NCBI GenBank assembly: GCA_015257125.1
Contig: JABZKU010000009.1
Span: 10,473-74,472, forward strand
Direction: 5' to 3'
Origin: Prevotellaceae bacterium
GTDB lineage: Bacteria > Bacteroidota > Bacteroidia > Bacteroidales > Bacteroidaceae
DNA length: 64,000 bases
The position numbers were made by a program, and so were the translations under genes. Shown here piece by piece: positions 54,386 to 64,000 of the stretch. The notes beneath the pieces are model-generated. The model made no database searches, was not told the origin of the DNA, and saw only the letters and a program-made list of their open reading frames with translations. Position 1 is the stretch's first letter. Each line of letters opens with the position of its first letter.

Positions 54386-55414
54386 TCAGCGCACCACTTT
54401 CTCCACTTCGGCTTCCAAATGCTCGACGTCGATGTCGCGCGCCACGATCGTACCGCCGGCGTCAACCAGCAGCGTTCCCGGCACGTAGCGCACGCCCAAT
54501 TTGCGGGCAAGGGGACTTTCGTATTCGCCCGGTGCATAAATGGCATTGGTGAGCGAATCGCGTTGCGCGCGGGTGCGGGCTTTCTCCTCGTCGGTGTCCA
54601 TCAGCACATTGACTACCGCAAGGCGTTGGCCGAAACGCCGACGCAGCGTGCGGAGCTTCGACACCAAACGATAGTTGCTGCTGTCCCACGAAGCCGAGAA
54701 GACGACGAGGGCACAACGGCCTTTGAGTTTTTCGTCCGTGAACGTATCGCCGCTGAGGGTGCGTTCGGCGAGACGGGGAAGTTTTGCCCCTTCGGCCGTG
54801 GCGAAGACGGGACGAAGGTGGGCGGCGATGAGCTTCAGTTGCGCATTGTTCGGTTGCGATTTCACCAAAAGGTCGAGCAGTTCGCCGTCGGGGCGAGCAC
54901 GCAGGCGCTCGGCCGAGGCGAAGATGTCGAGAAATACCGCCACGGCGGCCAAACTCTTGGGATGCGAACGAATGAAGGCCTCGGCCTTGCGGCGAATATC
55001 GGCTTCGGAACGCCCATGGTTGCCACTGCGGAAGCCTTGCAAGAGTTCGTTATCTTCGCCGCCCGAGATTTCCACCTCCTTCAAGCGGTTGGCTTCACCC
55101 GACAGGTGCACTTCTTCGCCGGGCACGGCCACGAGCGTGAGCGTGGAGAAGTTGGGATAGACCAAAGTGAGGAGCATCGGTTCGCTCACGGGGCGATCGT
55201 AGCTGAAGGCGCCGCGCGACAGGCGAATGCTGTCTGTGCCGCCCCCGTCGGCGGGGCTTTCGGCCGAAGCATAGGCGATGATCGCGGCTTGATCCACCCC
55301 TTTGATGTTGCCGGTGAGGCGCGCGGTGTGCTTGTCGGGGCCGCACGAGGCGAGCAGCCCGAGGGGGAGCAGGAACGAGAGGAGAAAACGTGAAATCATA
55401 AAACGAATGAGCAA
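54386..55414 (-). CDS. DUF4369 + thioredoxin-fold (TlpA-like) protein lacking the CXXC motif
   Basis: Thioredoxin-fold region LVVFSASWDSSNYRL where a paralog has WASWCGPCR. Lipoprotein-like N-terminus. Confidence 0.55.
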   Translation of the reverse strand: MLIRFMISRFLLSFLLPLGLLASCGPDKHTARLTGNIKGVDQAAIIAYASAESPADGGGTDSIRLSRGAFSYDRPVSEPMLLTLVYPNFSTLTLVAVPGEEVHLSGEANRLKEVEISGGEDNELLQGFRSGNHGRSEADIRRKAEAFIRSHPKSLAAVAVFLDIFASAERLRARPDGELLDLLVKSQPNNAQLKLIAAHLRPVFATAEGAKLPRLAERTLSGDTFTDEKLKGRCALVVFSASWDSSNYRLVSKLRTLRRRFGQRLAVVNVLMDTDEEKARTRAQRDSLTNAIYAPGEYESPLARKLGVRYVPGTLLVDAGGTIVARDIDVEHLEAEVEKVVR

Positions 55415-55494
55415 AAAAGAAACGACAGGAACGCAGAGGGTGCGGCGTTCCTGTCGTAAAAAAGGGAAGGGGATGCCGAATGGACGGCACCGAG

Positions 55495-57180
55495 TTATTT
55501 CACCAACTCGGGGTGCGCCGCAAGCACCTTGGCCAATTCGAGATCCGTCTGTGCCAATCCGGCCAACGAGCGGTCGGCGGCGATGGCGGAGGCCAATGCT
55601 TGCGCAGCGCCCTTGACATCGCCGGTGCGCGCGCCGACTACGGCAGAGAGATAGGCCGTCATCGCGTCACGGTTGGGAACAGCCATCAGCGTTTGGCGCG
55701 CCGCCACATAATCTTTGGTCAGAATCTGCGCGAGGGCGGCGGTATTGGTATTCACGCCTTTGAGCGTTTGGGCGGCCTGCACGAAGTTGCCGCGCGCCAC
55801 GAGGAGATTGCCGAGCACTTCGTTGTAGTTGGCAGCACTGAGCGCCTTGCCGAGGAGCGCTTCGGCCTGATCGAGGCGATGCTCGCGCACGGCGATGAGC
55901 GCTGCGTTGGCGTTGGCCTCGGGAAGTTCGGTGGCTTTCGCCAATTCAGCCTTGGCCGTTTCCAAATCGCCCTTGGCATAAGCGATTTGCGCCAAACCGT
56001 TGTGCGCACGCTTGTCGTTGGGATAAAGACGGGCGGCCTTTTCAAAAATGGCCTTGCGCTCTTCGAGGTTGTTCGTGAGCGTGGCGGCATAAAGCACCTC
56101 TTCTACCGAAAGTTTGGAGGCGTCGTTGACATATTGTTCGCGAATTTCATCGTCGGTGCGGCCGACAACGCGATAGTTGATGGCCAAACGCGCGCGACGG
56201 AGCTCGGGAAGCACTTCGTCGGCCAGTTCGGTGAACGCAGCGGAGATGTTGCGAATCTGCTGTTCGCGCTCTTCGGGATCTTGGTAGAGGGAGAGCACGC
56301 GAATGATGGCTTCTTTGTCTTGAATGTTGCTTTGTTGCACCAGTTCTTTGAAACCTTCCCAGTCTTCGGCGGTGTATTTCGTGTCGACGTTGGCACCTAA
56401 TTTGTTTTTGCTCAACTGTCTGTGCACATACTGCTCGGCGGTGTTGCGGCGGTTCTCAGCCAACTGCGTATTGAAGCCAAGTGATCCGTCGGGCGAGGCG
56501 TATGCGGCCACTTCGATGTTGTCGAGCGCCAGATTCTTGCGGTCGGCCTTGATCTCGCGCAGCATTTTCACGAAGTCTTGCACGGAGGTGCGGTTGAGTT
56601 CGCTGGTGCGCACTTTGGCTTGGTTGATGAGATATTTGATTTGTGCGTCCTGTCGGCGACTAATCTGCTGCTGATAGCCGTCGGCTGCCGTGGCGGTGGA
56701 AGCAGAGGCGAGGGTGCGATAGACCAACTGCGAGGTGGCGAGCACACCGTTGGCGACTTTCACTTCGGGGATGGCTACGCGCTTGTTGTCGATGCGGGCA
56801 TCGAACGTCAAGTAGAGCTCGCTGCGATCCATGGCCGAGGTGTAGGGGAAATTCGTGCGCATCACATAGTTGCCACCCACCTTGTAGGCGATGGTTTGAT
56901 CGTTGCCCACGACGTTTTCTCCTTGGAAAGTGGCACTTTGTCCCACGGTTTTCGTTCCGGCATAGCGCAATTCGGGCACAACGGTGACAACGGCTTTTTT
57001 CTTCATGTACTTTTCGGGAAAACGGCCGTTGATGGTTGCGGGAACCACGTCGCCCACCACTTCAAGGGGCGAAGGGGTGACGGTAAAGTTGTCGGCGCTG
57101 AGCGAACCGAGCTTGCCGCTGCACGAACTCAACGCAAGAAGTCCGAGCAATGCCGCGGAGACAGAGAGGGTTTGTTTCAT
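55495..57180 (-). CDS. TPR-repeat lipoprotein (hypothetical)
   Basis: MKQTLSVSAALLGLLALSSCSGK lipobox; C-terminal half has TPR-like helical repeats (AHNGLAQIAYAKGDLETAKAEL...). Confidence 0.45.
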   Translation of the reverse strand: MKQTLSVSAALLGLLALSSCSGKLGSLSADNFTVTPSPLEVVGDVVPATINGRFPEKYMKKKAVVTVVPELRYAGTKTVGQSATFQGENVVGNDQTIAYKVGGNYVMRTNFPYTSAMDRSELYLTFDARIDNKRVAIPEVKVANGVLATSQLVYRTLASASTATAADGYQQQISRRQDAQIKYLINQAKVRTSELNRTSVQDFVKMLREIKADRKNLALDNIEVAAYASPDGSLGFNTQLAENRRNTAEQYVHRQLSKNKLGANVDTKYTAEDWEGFKELVQQSNIQDKEAIIRVLSLYQDPEEREQQIRNISAAFTELADEVLPELRRARLAINYRVVGRTDDEIREQYVNDASKLSVEEVLYAATLTNNLEERKAIFEKAARLYPNDKRAHNGLAQIAYAKGDLETAKAELAKATELPEANANAALIAVREHRLDQAEALLGKALSAANYNEVLGNLLVARGNFVQAAQTLKGVNTNTAALAQILTKDYVAARQTLMAVPNRDAMTAYLSAVVGARTGDVKGAAQALASAIAADRSLAGLAQTDLELAKVLAAHPELVK

Positions 57181-57218
57181 GAGTGATAGAAAAATATGGG
57201 GAGTTTGTTGGGAAAGGT

Positions 57219-58097
57219 TCATTTTTTTGCCGAATCGGCTTCGTCTTCGTAGTAACGACCGCTGCGATCGTACCAAGACGTGGGGAGTTTGCAGCCAAAC
57301 ATGCAGTAAAGCCCGATCAAGATGAAGGGAACGGAAAGTAACTGGCCTTGATTGACGCCAATCAAGCCTTGCATGTGGAGTTCCCAGGGCTCTTGCACCT
57401 CTTTGAAGAACTCTACGCCGAAACGGAAGACGAAAATAAAGGTAAGGCAGAGACCAAAGAAAAAGCCGGTGCCGACTTTATCGCGATGGGTGCGATAAAG
57501 CAACCAACCGATGACGAGTAGCACGAAATAGGCGATGGCTTCGTAGAGTTGGGCGGGGTGTCTGGGCTGGGTTTCGCCAAGACGGGCGAAGACGAAGCCG
57601 AAATCGCTGTGCGTGTAGGTGCCTACGATCTCAGAGTTCATAAGATTGCCCAAACGGATGCAGCCCGCGGTGACAGGTGTGGCGATGGCGATGTTATCCA
57701 ACACACGTAATAGCCGAACCTTGGTGCTGCGCACGTAAAGCCAGAGGGAGAGCATCAAGCCGGCCGTACCTCCGTGCGAAGCCAAGCCTGCATAGCCGGT
57801 AAAGTGCCAATGGCCCATCCCGTCTTGGCGCATGGGGAGAATCATCTCGAGGGGATGCGACAAAAAATAGGCGGGTTCGTAGAGCAAGCAGTGGCCGAGG
57901 CGCGCACCGATGAGGATGCCTAAGAAACAATAGATGAAAAGTGGATCGAACTTGTCTTGCGGAATGCGCTGTTCGCGATAAAGTCGCCAAACCATCACAT
58001 AAGCGGCGGCCAAACCGATGGTCCAGAAGAGCGAATACCAGCGAATGACGAGCGAACCGACGTGAAAAGCGACCAAATCAGGGTTCCAAACAATCAT
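57219..58097 (-). CDS. lgt: prolipoprotein diacylglyceryl transferase
   Basis: Lgt signature region GGxxG / HPSQLYE-like (HPAQLYEAIAYFVLL), polytopic. Start at the ATG 58097. Confidence 0.8.
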   Translation of the reverse strand: MIVWNPDLVAFHVGSLVIRWYSLFWTIGLAAAYVMVWRLYREQRIPQDKFDPLFIYCFLGILIGARLGHCLLYEPAYFLSHPLEMILPMRQDGMGHWHFTGYAGLASHGGTAGLMLSLWLYVRSTKVRLLRVLDNIAIATPVTAGCIRLGNLMNSEIVGTYTHSDFGFVFARLGETQPRHPAQLYEAIAYFVLLVIGWLLYRTHRDKVGTGFFFGLCLTFIFVFRFGVEFFKEVQEPWELHMQGLIGVNQGQLLSVPFILIGLYCMFGCKLPTSWYDRSGRYYEDEADSAKK

Positions 58098-58174
58098 AGC
58101 AGGGAGAGATTGTGCAAATCGCGCACCGCCGGCAGCCCCCAATAGAGCGATCGGCGAAGCGCGACGTGCGATAA

Positions 58175-59278
58175 TTAGACATTGAAGAGGAAGTGCATGA
58201 TATCACCGTCTTGTACCACATACTCTTTGCCTTCGACGTGGAGCAAACCGGCTTCGCGAACGGCGCTTTCGCTGCCGTATTTGATGAAGTCTTCGTACTT
58301 GATGACTTGCGCACGGATGAAACCTTTCTCAAAGTCCGTGTGAATCACACCGGCGCACTGGGGAGCTTTCCAACCGCGCTTGTAAGTCCACGCGTGCACC
58401 TCGACTTCGCCCGCGGTGATGAAGGTTTCCAAATCAAGGAGCTTGTATGCTGCCTTAATCAAGCGGTTGACGCCGCTTTCCTCGAGACCTACGTCCTTCA
58501 AGAACTCTTGTCGTTCCTCAAACGTCTCAAGTTCTGCGATGTCTGCCTCGGTTTGTGCAGCCACAACCAGGATTTCTGCGCCTTCGGGGGCTACGGCTTC
58601 GCGCACGCGCTCCACATATTCGTTGCCCGACACGGCCGATCCTTCGTCGACGTTGCAGACATAGAGCACCGGCTTGGAGGTTAAGAGGAAAAGGTTGCGC
58701 GCGGCGGTTTGTTCGTCCTTCGATTCGAAGGTGACGCTGCGGGCATTGTTTCCTTCCAAGAGGGCTTCGCGAATGGCAGTGAGCACCGTGTATTCCAACT
58801 TCGCGTTCTTATCATTGCCCACTTGCGCGATTTTCTCCACACGCTTGATGCGATTTTCAACCGTCTCGAGGTCTTTGAGCTGCAACTCGGTGTCAATGAT
58901 CTCTTTGTCGCGAACCGGGTCTACACTTCCGTCGACATGCACCACATTGCCGTCGTCGAAACAGCGCAACACGTGGATGATGGCATCGGTCTCGCGGATA
59001 TTGCCGAGAAACTGGTTGCCGAGTCCTTCACCCTTCGAGGCGCCCTTCACCAAACCCGCGATGTCTACGATTTCTACCGTCGTGGGAATGATTTTTGTCG
59101 TCTTCACCAGCGCGGCCAACGCCGAGAGGCGCTCGTCGGGCACGGTGATGACGCCAACATTAGGCTCGATGGTGCAAAAAGGGAAGTTGGCACTCTGTGC
59201 CTTCGCGTTACTCAGACAATTGAATAGCGTCGATTTGCCCACATTAGGCAGGCCGACGATGCCGCATTGTAAACTCAT
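58175..59278 (-). CDS. ychF: ribosome-binding ATPase YchF
   Basis: MSLQCGIVGLPNVGKSTLFN G1 motif and a C-terminal TGS domain. 367 aa. Confidence 0.9.
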   Translation of the reverse strand: MSLQCGIVGLPNVGKSTLFNCLSNAKAQSANFPFCTIEPNVGVITVPDERLSALAALVKTTKIIPTTVEIVDIAGLVKGASKGEGLGNQFLGNIRETDAIIHVLRCFDDGNVVHVDGSVDPVRDKEIIDTELQLKDLETVENRIKRVEKIAQVGNDKNAKLEYTVLTAIREALLEGNNARSVTFESKDEQTAARNLFLLTSKPVLYVCNVDEGSAVSGNEYVERVREAVAPEGAEILVVAAQTEADIAELETFEERQEFLKDVGLEESGVNRLIKAAYKLLDLETFITAGEVEVHAWTYKRGWKAPQCAGVIHTDFEKGFIRAQVIKYEDFIKYGSESAVREAGLLHVEGKEYVVQDGDIMHFLFNV

Positions 59279-59405
59279 GTGTGATGATTTGCTGATTTGG
59301 AGCAAAGATACAACTATTTTTCGAGACAACGTGCCCTATATATATAATGAGTGCTCCGAACTCATCGTTCGAAGCACTCATTTATTGGTTTGCACGAGGC
59401 ACTTT

Positions 59406-61472
59406 TCAGTGGCGATCGGCAAAGTTTTTCAAACCCGTTTGCAGGAATTGGAGATAAGCGCCCACGTTTTCGTCGTAACTGCGGCTGGCGGTCAAAGGAT
59501 CGCCGTTGCCGTCGAGCAAAACGTAGAACGGTTGGGCATTGGCGCCGAACTTCGTGCGCTGCAAGTAGCTCCAACGGTCGCCGACGGTGCGGAGTTTCGT
59601 CGTTTTGCCGTTTTCTTGCACCTCGATCGTCTCGGGCAGCGGCGTCTTGTCGTCCACGTAGAGCGAAATCAGCACATAGTCCTTGTCAATGTGGTTGCGC
59701 ACTCGATTGTCCGTCCACACGGCGGCCTCCATCTTACGGCAGTTCACGCAACCGAAGCCCGTGAAGTCGATCAGCACCGGCTTACCCACACTGCGGGCGT
59801 AGGCCATGCCGGCTTCGTAGTCCTTAAACTTCGGTTCCACCGCGGTGTGCGGGTTGAGATTGAAGTCTTGTGTGTTCATCGGCGGGGCGAAAGCGCTCAC
59901 CGCCTTGACAGGAGCGCCCCACAAACCGGGCACCATGTAGATGGCGAAGGCCAAAGAGGCGATGCCGACAAAGAAAGCCGGAACCGAAGTGCCGCGTTCG
60001 TCTGCATCGTCGTGGGGAAATTTCACAAAACCGAAGAGATAGAGCGCGAGCAAGGCGAAGAGGGCAATCCACAAGGCCAAGAACACCTCACGATCGAGCA
60101 GATGCCAACCATAGGCGAGGTCGGCCACCGAGAAAAACTTCAGCGCGAAGGCCAATTCCACGAAACCGAGCGTGACTTTCACCTTGTTCATCCACGAACC
60201 GCCGCGCGTCGTCTTCTTGAGCAAGGCGGGGAAGAGCGCGAAGAGGGTGAAAGGCAGTGCCAACGCTACGGCAAAACCGAACATACCCACGGTGGGCGCG
60301 AGTTGACCGCCGCCCGAAGTGGAAACCTCCACCAGCAGGAAACCGATGATGGGGCCGGTGCACGAGAAGCTGACGAGAGCCAGCGTGAAGGCCATGAGGA
60401 AGATGCTCAACAAGCCCGTTGTGTTCGAAGCCTTGGCGTCGATTGCGTTACCCCACGAGGTGGGCAGCTGAATCTCGAAACCGCCGAGGAACGAAGCGCC
60501 GAAAAGCACCAACATCAAGAAGAAAGCGATGTTGAAGAAGGCGTCAGTCGACAGGTCGTTGAGTGCCGAAGCCCCGAAAAGCGAGGTGATGACCAATCCA
60601 AGCAAGACATAGATCACCACAATCGAGGCACCGTAAGTCAACGCATCGCGGATGCCCTTGGCGCGGTCACTGTTGCGCTTTAAGAAGAAGCTCACCGTCA
60701 TCGGAATGATGGGCCAAACGCAAGGCGTCACGAGCGCCAAGAGTCCGCCGAGGAAGCCTAAGCCGAAAATCAAGAGCAATCCTTTGCCGGCTGCGCCGTG
60801 GCTTTCGCCGAGGGCTTGGAGTTTGTCGGTGACGGGCGTCCAGAGTTGACGAATGGTGGCGCTGTCGAGCGCGGCAGTCTGCGCTTGTGCGGGCGCGGCG
60901 GCGGTTTCCGACAGAACGGTGGTCGCGGTGTCGGTCATGGCCGGCACGAGTTCTTTGGCCTCGACCTCTGTTTCGGTCTGCTTCTCGGCCGTTGCGGTCG
61001 CAGCCTCAGCAGCGGCCTTTTCAGGGCCGTCCGCTCCTTTCGCACTCATCTCCACTGTGGTGGGCGGCAAGCAGTTTTCGTCGTTGCAAGCCCCGTAACG
61101 CAGATAGCCCTTCACCTCATATTGCTTTTCGGTGAGTTCGATGCGTTGCGTGAACTGCGCGGTGTGCTCAAAGTAGGACACAGGCATGTCGAAAATGGGA
61201 TCTTGCTTGCGCTTCAAGCCGGCGCCGGGACGGAGCGCGCCTTTGAGTTTGGCGCCTTTGAGCACATCGGTGCCAAAAGTGGCCACCGTCGGGCCGCCGG
61301 GCGCGATGTCGGTGCCGTAGACGTGCCAACCGGAAGCGATGTTGCCGGTGAACACCACGTCAATCTCCGTGGGGCTGACGCGTTTGGTGGAAACACTGAA
61401 CTTGACCTGCGCTTGCGCAGCCGTCACGGCCAGCAGCACAAAGGAGAAGAGGAGAAAAAGGATGCGTTTCAT
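59406..61472 (-). CDS. dsbD: thiol:disulfide interchange protein DsbD
   Basis: N-terminal DsbD-alpha domain, central CcdA-like transmembrane core (LVTPCVWPIIP) and C-terminal thioredoxin domain GFGCVNCRKME. Confidence 0.85.
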   Translation of the reverse strand: MKRILFLLFSFVLLAVTAAQAQVKFSVSTKRVSPTEIDVVFTGNIASGWHVYGTDIAPGGPTVATFGTDVLKGAKLKGALRPGAGLKRKQDPIFDMPVSYFEHTAQFTQRIELTEKQYEVKGYLRYGACNDENCLPPTTVEMSAKGADGPEKAAAEAATATAEKQTETEVEAKELVPAMTDTATTVLSETAAAPAQAQTAALDSATIRQLWTPVTDKLQALGESHGAAGKGLLLIFGLGFLGGLLALVTPCVWPIIPMTVSFFLKRNSDRAKGIRDALTYGASIVVIYVLLGLVITSLFGASALNDLSTDAFFNIAFFLMLVLFGASFLGGFEIQLPTSWGNAIDAKASNTTGLLSIFLMAFTLALVSFSCTGPIIGFLLVEVSTSGGGQLAPTVGMFGFAVALALPFTLFALFPALLKKTTRGGSWMNKVKVTLGFVELAFALKFFSVADLAYGWHLLDREVFLALWIALFALLALYLFGFVKFPHDDADERGTSVPAFFVGIASLAFAIYMVPGLWGAPVKAVSAFAPPMNTQDFNLNPHTAVEPKFKDYEAGMAYARSVGKPVLIDFTGFGCVNCRKMEAAVWTDNRVRNHIDKDYVLISLYVDDKTPLPETIEVQENGKTTKLRTVGDRWSYLQRTKFGANAQPFYVLLDGNGDPLTASRSYDENVGAYLQFLQTGLKNFADRH

Positions 61473-61608
61473 GTGGGGTGTAGCTAAGATGAAACAAGGT
61501 GGCCGGCAATTCCGGCCACCGTTGAGGGAAATGATCGACACTGCACCACCGGTTCACTCCGCCGAATGGCGAAGGAGCGGCACGGGGGCACAAGAAGTCG
61601 AGTGATGT

Positions 61609-62796
61609 TTATTTGCGAACGCGCTTGCCGGGACGCGCCTTGCCGGCAGTACGCTCCACCTTCGTGGCACCGGTCACGGCGTCGGGCGTGGTCGTCTGCA
61701 CATCGGGGGCATTGGCATAGAGTTCGGCCACCTTCGCATCGAGTTGATCGCCGCGCAAACCGAAAGCGACGATTTTGCCTTGCGGATCGATGAGCAACGT
61801 GGCGGGAATCGAGCTGATGCCGTAGAGCGCAGCGGCTTCGCTCTGCCAACCCTTGAGGTCAGAGAGGTGAGGCCAGGTAAGATTCATGCGCTGGATGGCG
61901 CCCGTCCAAGCAGCCTTGTCGTTGTCGAGCGAAACGCCCACAATTTCAAAACCCTTGCTGTGGTACTTCTCATAGAGCGCTTTCACGCGCGGCATTTCCG
62001 CACGGCAAGGGCCGCACCACGAAGCCCAAAAATCAACCAACACATAGTTGCCTTTTCCGCAGTAGTCCGAGAGGCGCTTCGTGGCGCCTTGGGGCGTTTG
62101 GAGAGCAATGTCCTTGAACTGACTGCCGGGCTGGTGCGACTTCATGGCTTCGGCACGATGGGCAAACTGATCCACGAGGGGTTGCAACAGCGGCGTGGAG
62201 AAGCAAGCGGCTTTGCTCGCGATGAGAGCCTGAATGTCCTCTTCGTCGAGCAGACTGCCATAGAGGTAGAACAAAGGCGCGTTGCTCACCGCTTCGGGGT
62301 GGTCTTTCAGGCTCTTTTTCACCAGTGCGCCCACCTCCGTCACGGCTTGTTCGTATTGATCGGCGAGGGCTTTGAACTCGGGCGTGCCGACTTTGCCTTC
62401 GGCTTGGTACTGCTTGAGTTGGCTGACGAGGGCAATGATACCGGGCACCTTCTTGGCCACCACCGATTGGGTGTTGTTGAGGAGCGCATTCTCGGTCGTT
62501 CCGCTCACCGTCGAGGTGGGCAGATCCACCGTTACCGTGCCGTCGAGCACTGCCACCAAAGAGTTGTTGAGATCGCGCTGTTCAGAGAGTTGAAGGAAGG
62601 GTTGCTGTTGAGCATCGCCTTGCAGTGTGAACGTGCCGTCCTTGCCCACTTTCACCGAGTCCACGTTGTTGGACTGGAGATTGCGATAGTAGACCACAGA
62701 TTGGCCGGGAGTTGCTTTTCCTTTTACTACATATTGTTGAGCTGAGGCGCCGAGCGCGAGGGCTGCAAACGCCATAGAAAATAGCATTTTCTTCAT
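61609..62796 (-). CDS. TlpA-like thiol-disulfide oxidoreductase (DUF4369 + thioredoxin domain, CXXC intact)
   Basis: VDFWASWCGPCRAEMPRVKALYEKY and a signal peptide MKKMLFSMAFAALALGASAQ. Confidence 0.8.
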   Translation of the reverse strand: MKKMLFSMAFAALALGASAQQYVVKGKATPGQSVVYYRNLQSNNVDSVKVGKDGTFTLQGDAQQQPFLQLSEQRDLNNSLVAVLDGTVTVDLPTSTVSGTTENALLNNTQSVVAKKVPGIIALVSQLKQYQAEGKVGTPEFKALADQYEQAVTEVGALVKKSLKDHPEAVSNAPLFYLYGSLLDEEDIQALIASKAACFSTPLLQPLVDQFAHRAEAMKSHQPGSQFKDIALQTPQGATKRLSDYCGKGNYVLVDFWASWCGPCRAEMPRVKALYEKYHSKGFEIVGVSLDNDKAAWTGAIQRMNLTWPHLSDLKGWQSEAAALYGISSIPATLLIDPQGKIVAFGLRGDQLDAKVAELYANAPDVQTTTPDAVTGATKVERTAGKARPGKRVRK

Positions 62797-63158
62797 GTCG
62801 TGACTATTATAGGGGATAGATTGGCACAAAAGTACGCTTTTCTTTGAACAATGACAAGCATTTAGCGTTCTTTGGGCGCGAGCGACACTTAGGTTCTTGC
62901 CCGTTCTCCCTCTGTCGGGAGGGCATTCGGGTGATTTATCCTGTGTGTGAACATTTTGTGCAGAAAGTCGGGACGAAACTCCGACCGACTCCTTATTTAT
63001 ATATAGGGATAATTGAACTTGCGTGTGCGCTACGCGAAAAAAGACGCAGCACCGGCAACGAAAAACAGACCGGTTTCATCGAAAAGTCCACTGTTTTCGA
63101 ACAAAACTTGAGGACTTTTCGACGAAAGGAGCGCAGGAATTTTGACGACGTGCGGCGA

Positions 63159-64000
63159 TCAGTCGAAAACTCCGGTAGAAAGGTAGCGTTCGCCCGTATC
63201 GGGGAGCAGCGCCACGATGGTTTTACCGGCATAGGCCTCATCGGCGGCCAAGCGCAAGGCGGCACTGAACGCGGCGCCCGACGAAATGCCGCAAAGCATG
63301 CCTTCGACGGCGGCCAACTCGCGCGCGCCGGCGATGGCGTCCTCGTTCGTCACCCGAACGATGCGATCCACCACACTGCCGTCGTAGGTCGTGGGCACGA
63401 AACCGGCACCGATGCCTTGAATCTTGTGGGGCGCGGGCGCTCCACCGCTCAAAACGGGCGAGTCATCGGGCTCTACGGCCACAATCTCCACCGCTGCGTT
63501 ATGGGCTTTGAGGGTTTTGCCCACACCGCTCACCGTTCCACCCGTACCGACGCCGGCCACAAAGACATCAACGGCGCCTTCGGTGTCGCGCCACACCTCT
63601 TCGCCGGTGGAAGCGGCGTGCACCGCGGGATTGGCGGGGTTTTCAAACTGACCGAGGGTCACTGCACCGGGAATGGAGGCGCGCAGGGCTTCAGCACGGG
63701 CGAGTGCGCCCTTCATGCCCTCGGCACCAGGCGTGAGTTCGAGGCGAGCACCGTAGGCCGACACGAGTCGGCGACGCTCCACGCTCATGGTTTCGGGCAT
63801 AACGATGACTACTTCGTAACCCTTCACGGCGGCGGCAAAGGCCAAGCCCACACCGGTGTTGCCACTCGTGGCTTCGACGAGCGTACTGCCGGGGCGCAGC
63901 AGTCCATCTCGCTCAGCGGCGGTGATCATGGCCAGCGCGGTGCGATCTTTCACCGAACCGGCGGGGTTGTAACTTTCGAGTTTCACCAACAAACGGGCGC
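63159..64000 (-). CDS. cysK: cysteine synthase A (N-terminus lies beyond window end)
   Basis: ...VKLESYNPAGSVKDRTALAMI..., a PLP-binding TSGNTGVGLA motif and a C-terminal match to CysK. The ORF is open to the window edge. Confidence 0.8.
   Translation of the reverse strand, partial: ARLLVKLESYNPAGSVKDRTALAMITAAERDGLLRPGSTLVEATSGNTGVGLAFAAAVKGYEVVIVMPETMSVERRRLVSAYGARLELTPGAEGMKGALARAEALRASIPGAVTLGQFENPANPAVHAASTGEEVWRDTEGAVDVFVAGVGTGGTVSGVGKTLKAHNAAVEIVAVEPDDSPVLSGGAPAPHKIQGIGAGFVPTTYDGSVVDRIVRVTNEDAIAGARELAAVEGMLCGISSGAAFSAALRLAADEAYAGKTIVALLPDTGERYLSTGVFD

Overview
This is a high-GC (~58-60% by eye) chromosomal segment from phylum Bacteroidota. The phylum call rests on a TTTG / TAnnTTTG sigma-A promoter upstream of topA, a T9SS C-terminal sorting domain on a GH2 beta-galactosidase, a GldH-like lipoprotein next to a PSP1 gene, SprB-type repeats, and an ftsZ-yqeY arrangement. 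Housekeeping genes flank the window on both sides. On the left are an ftsZ paralog, ftsZ, yqeY, recJ, recQ, a nucleoside-recognition transporter, ridA, gdhA and mdh. On the right are DUF3109, ung, speA, aroK, topA, ybeY, ruvB, rpsT, tRNA-Glu, recO, yaaA, luxS, mtnN, a YfhO-like membrane protein, msrAB, a T9SS-secreted GH2, a PorT-like barrel, gldH, PSP1, thioredoxin-fold proteins, lgt, ychF, dsbD and a partial cysK. Between them (about 12.9-30.0 kb) is an accessory island that dominates the window. It holds two convergent giant genes (2231 and 2202 aa) encoding paralogous cysteine-patterned proteins with SprB-like repeats and signal peptides. Their last ~1.3 kb, including the 3'UTR and terminator hairpin, are near-identical inverted repeats. 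These arms sit symmetrically around a 1.36-kb IS256-family element whose DDE transposase is split by a -1 frame change at a canonical C_CCA_AAG slippery heptamer. A second striking pattern is a dispersed family of intergenic arrays with core AAAAGTCCAC(C/T)G-TTTT. Each array has 2-4 tandem ~21-22 bp units, and at least nine intergenic loci carry one. The left edge carries two tandem, translationally coupled FtsZ-family genes, and the upstream copy appears to lack the T7-loop catalytic motif. No CRISPR array, rRNA gene or recognisable defence system was seen. The six-frame track contains many long antisense and alternate-frame ORFs typical of high-GC DNA, and I rejected them.
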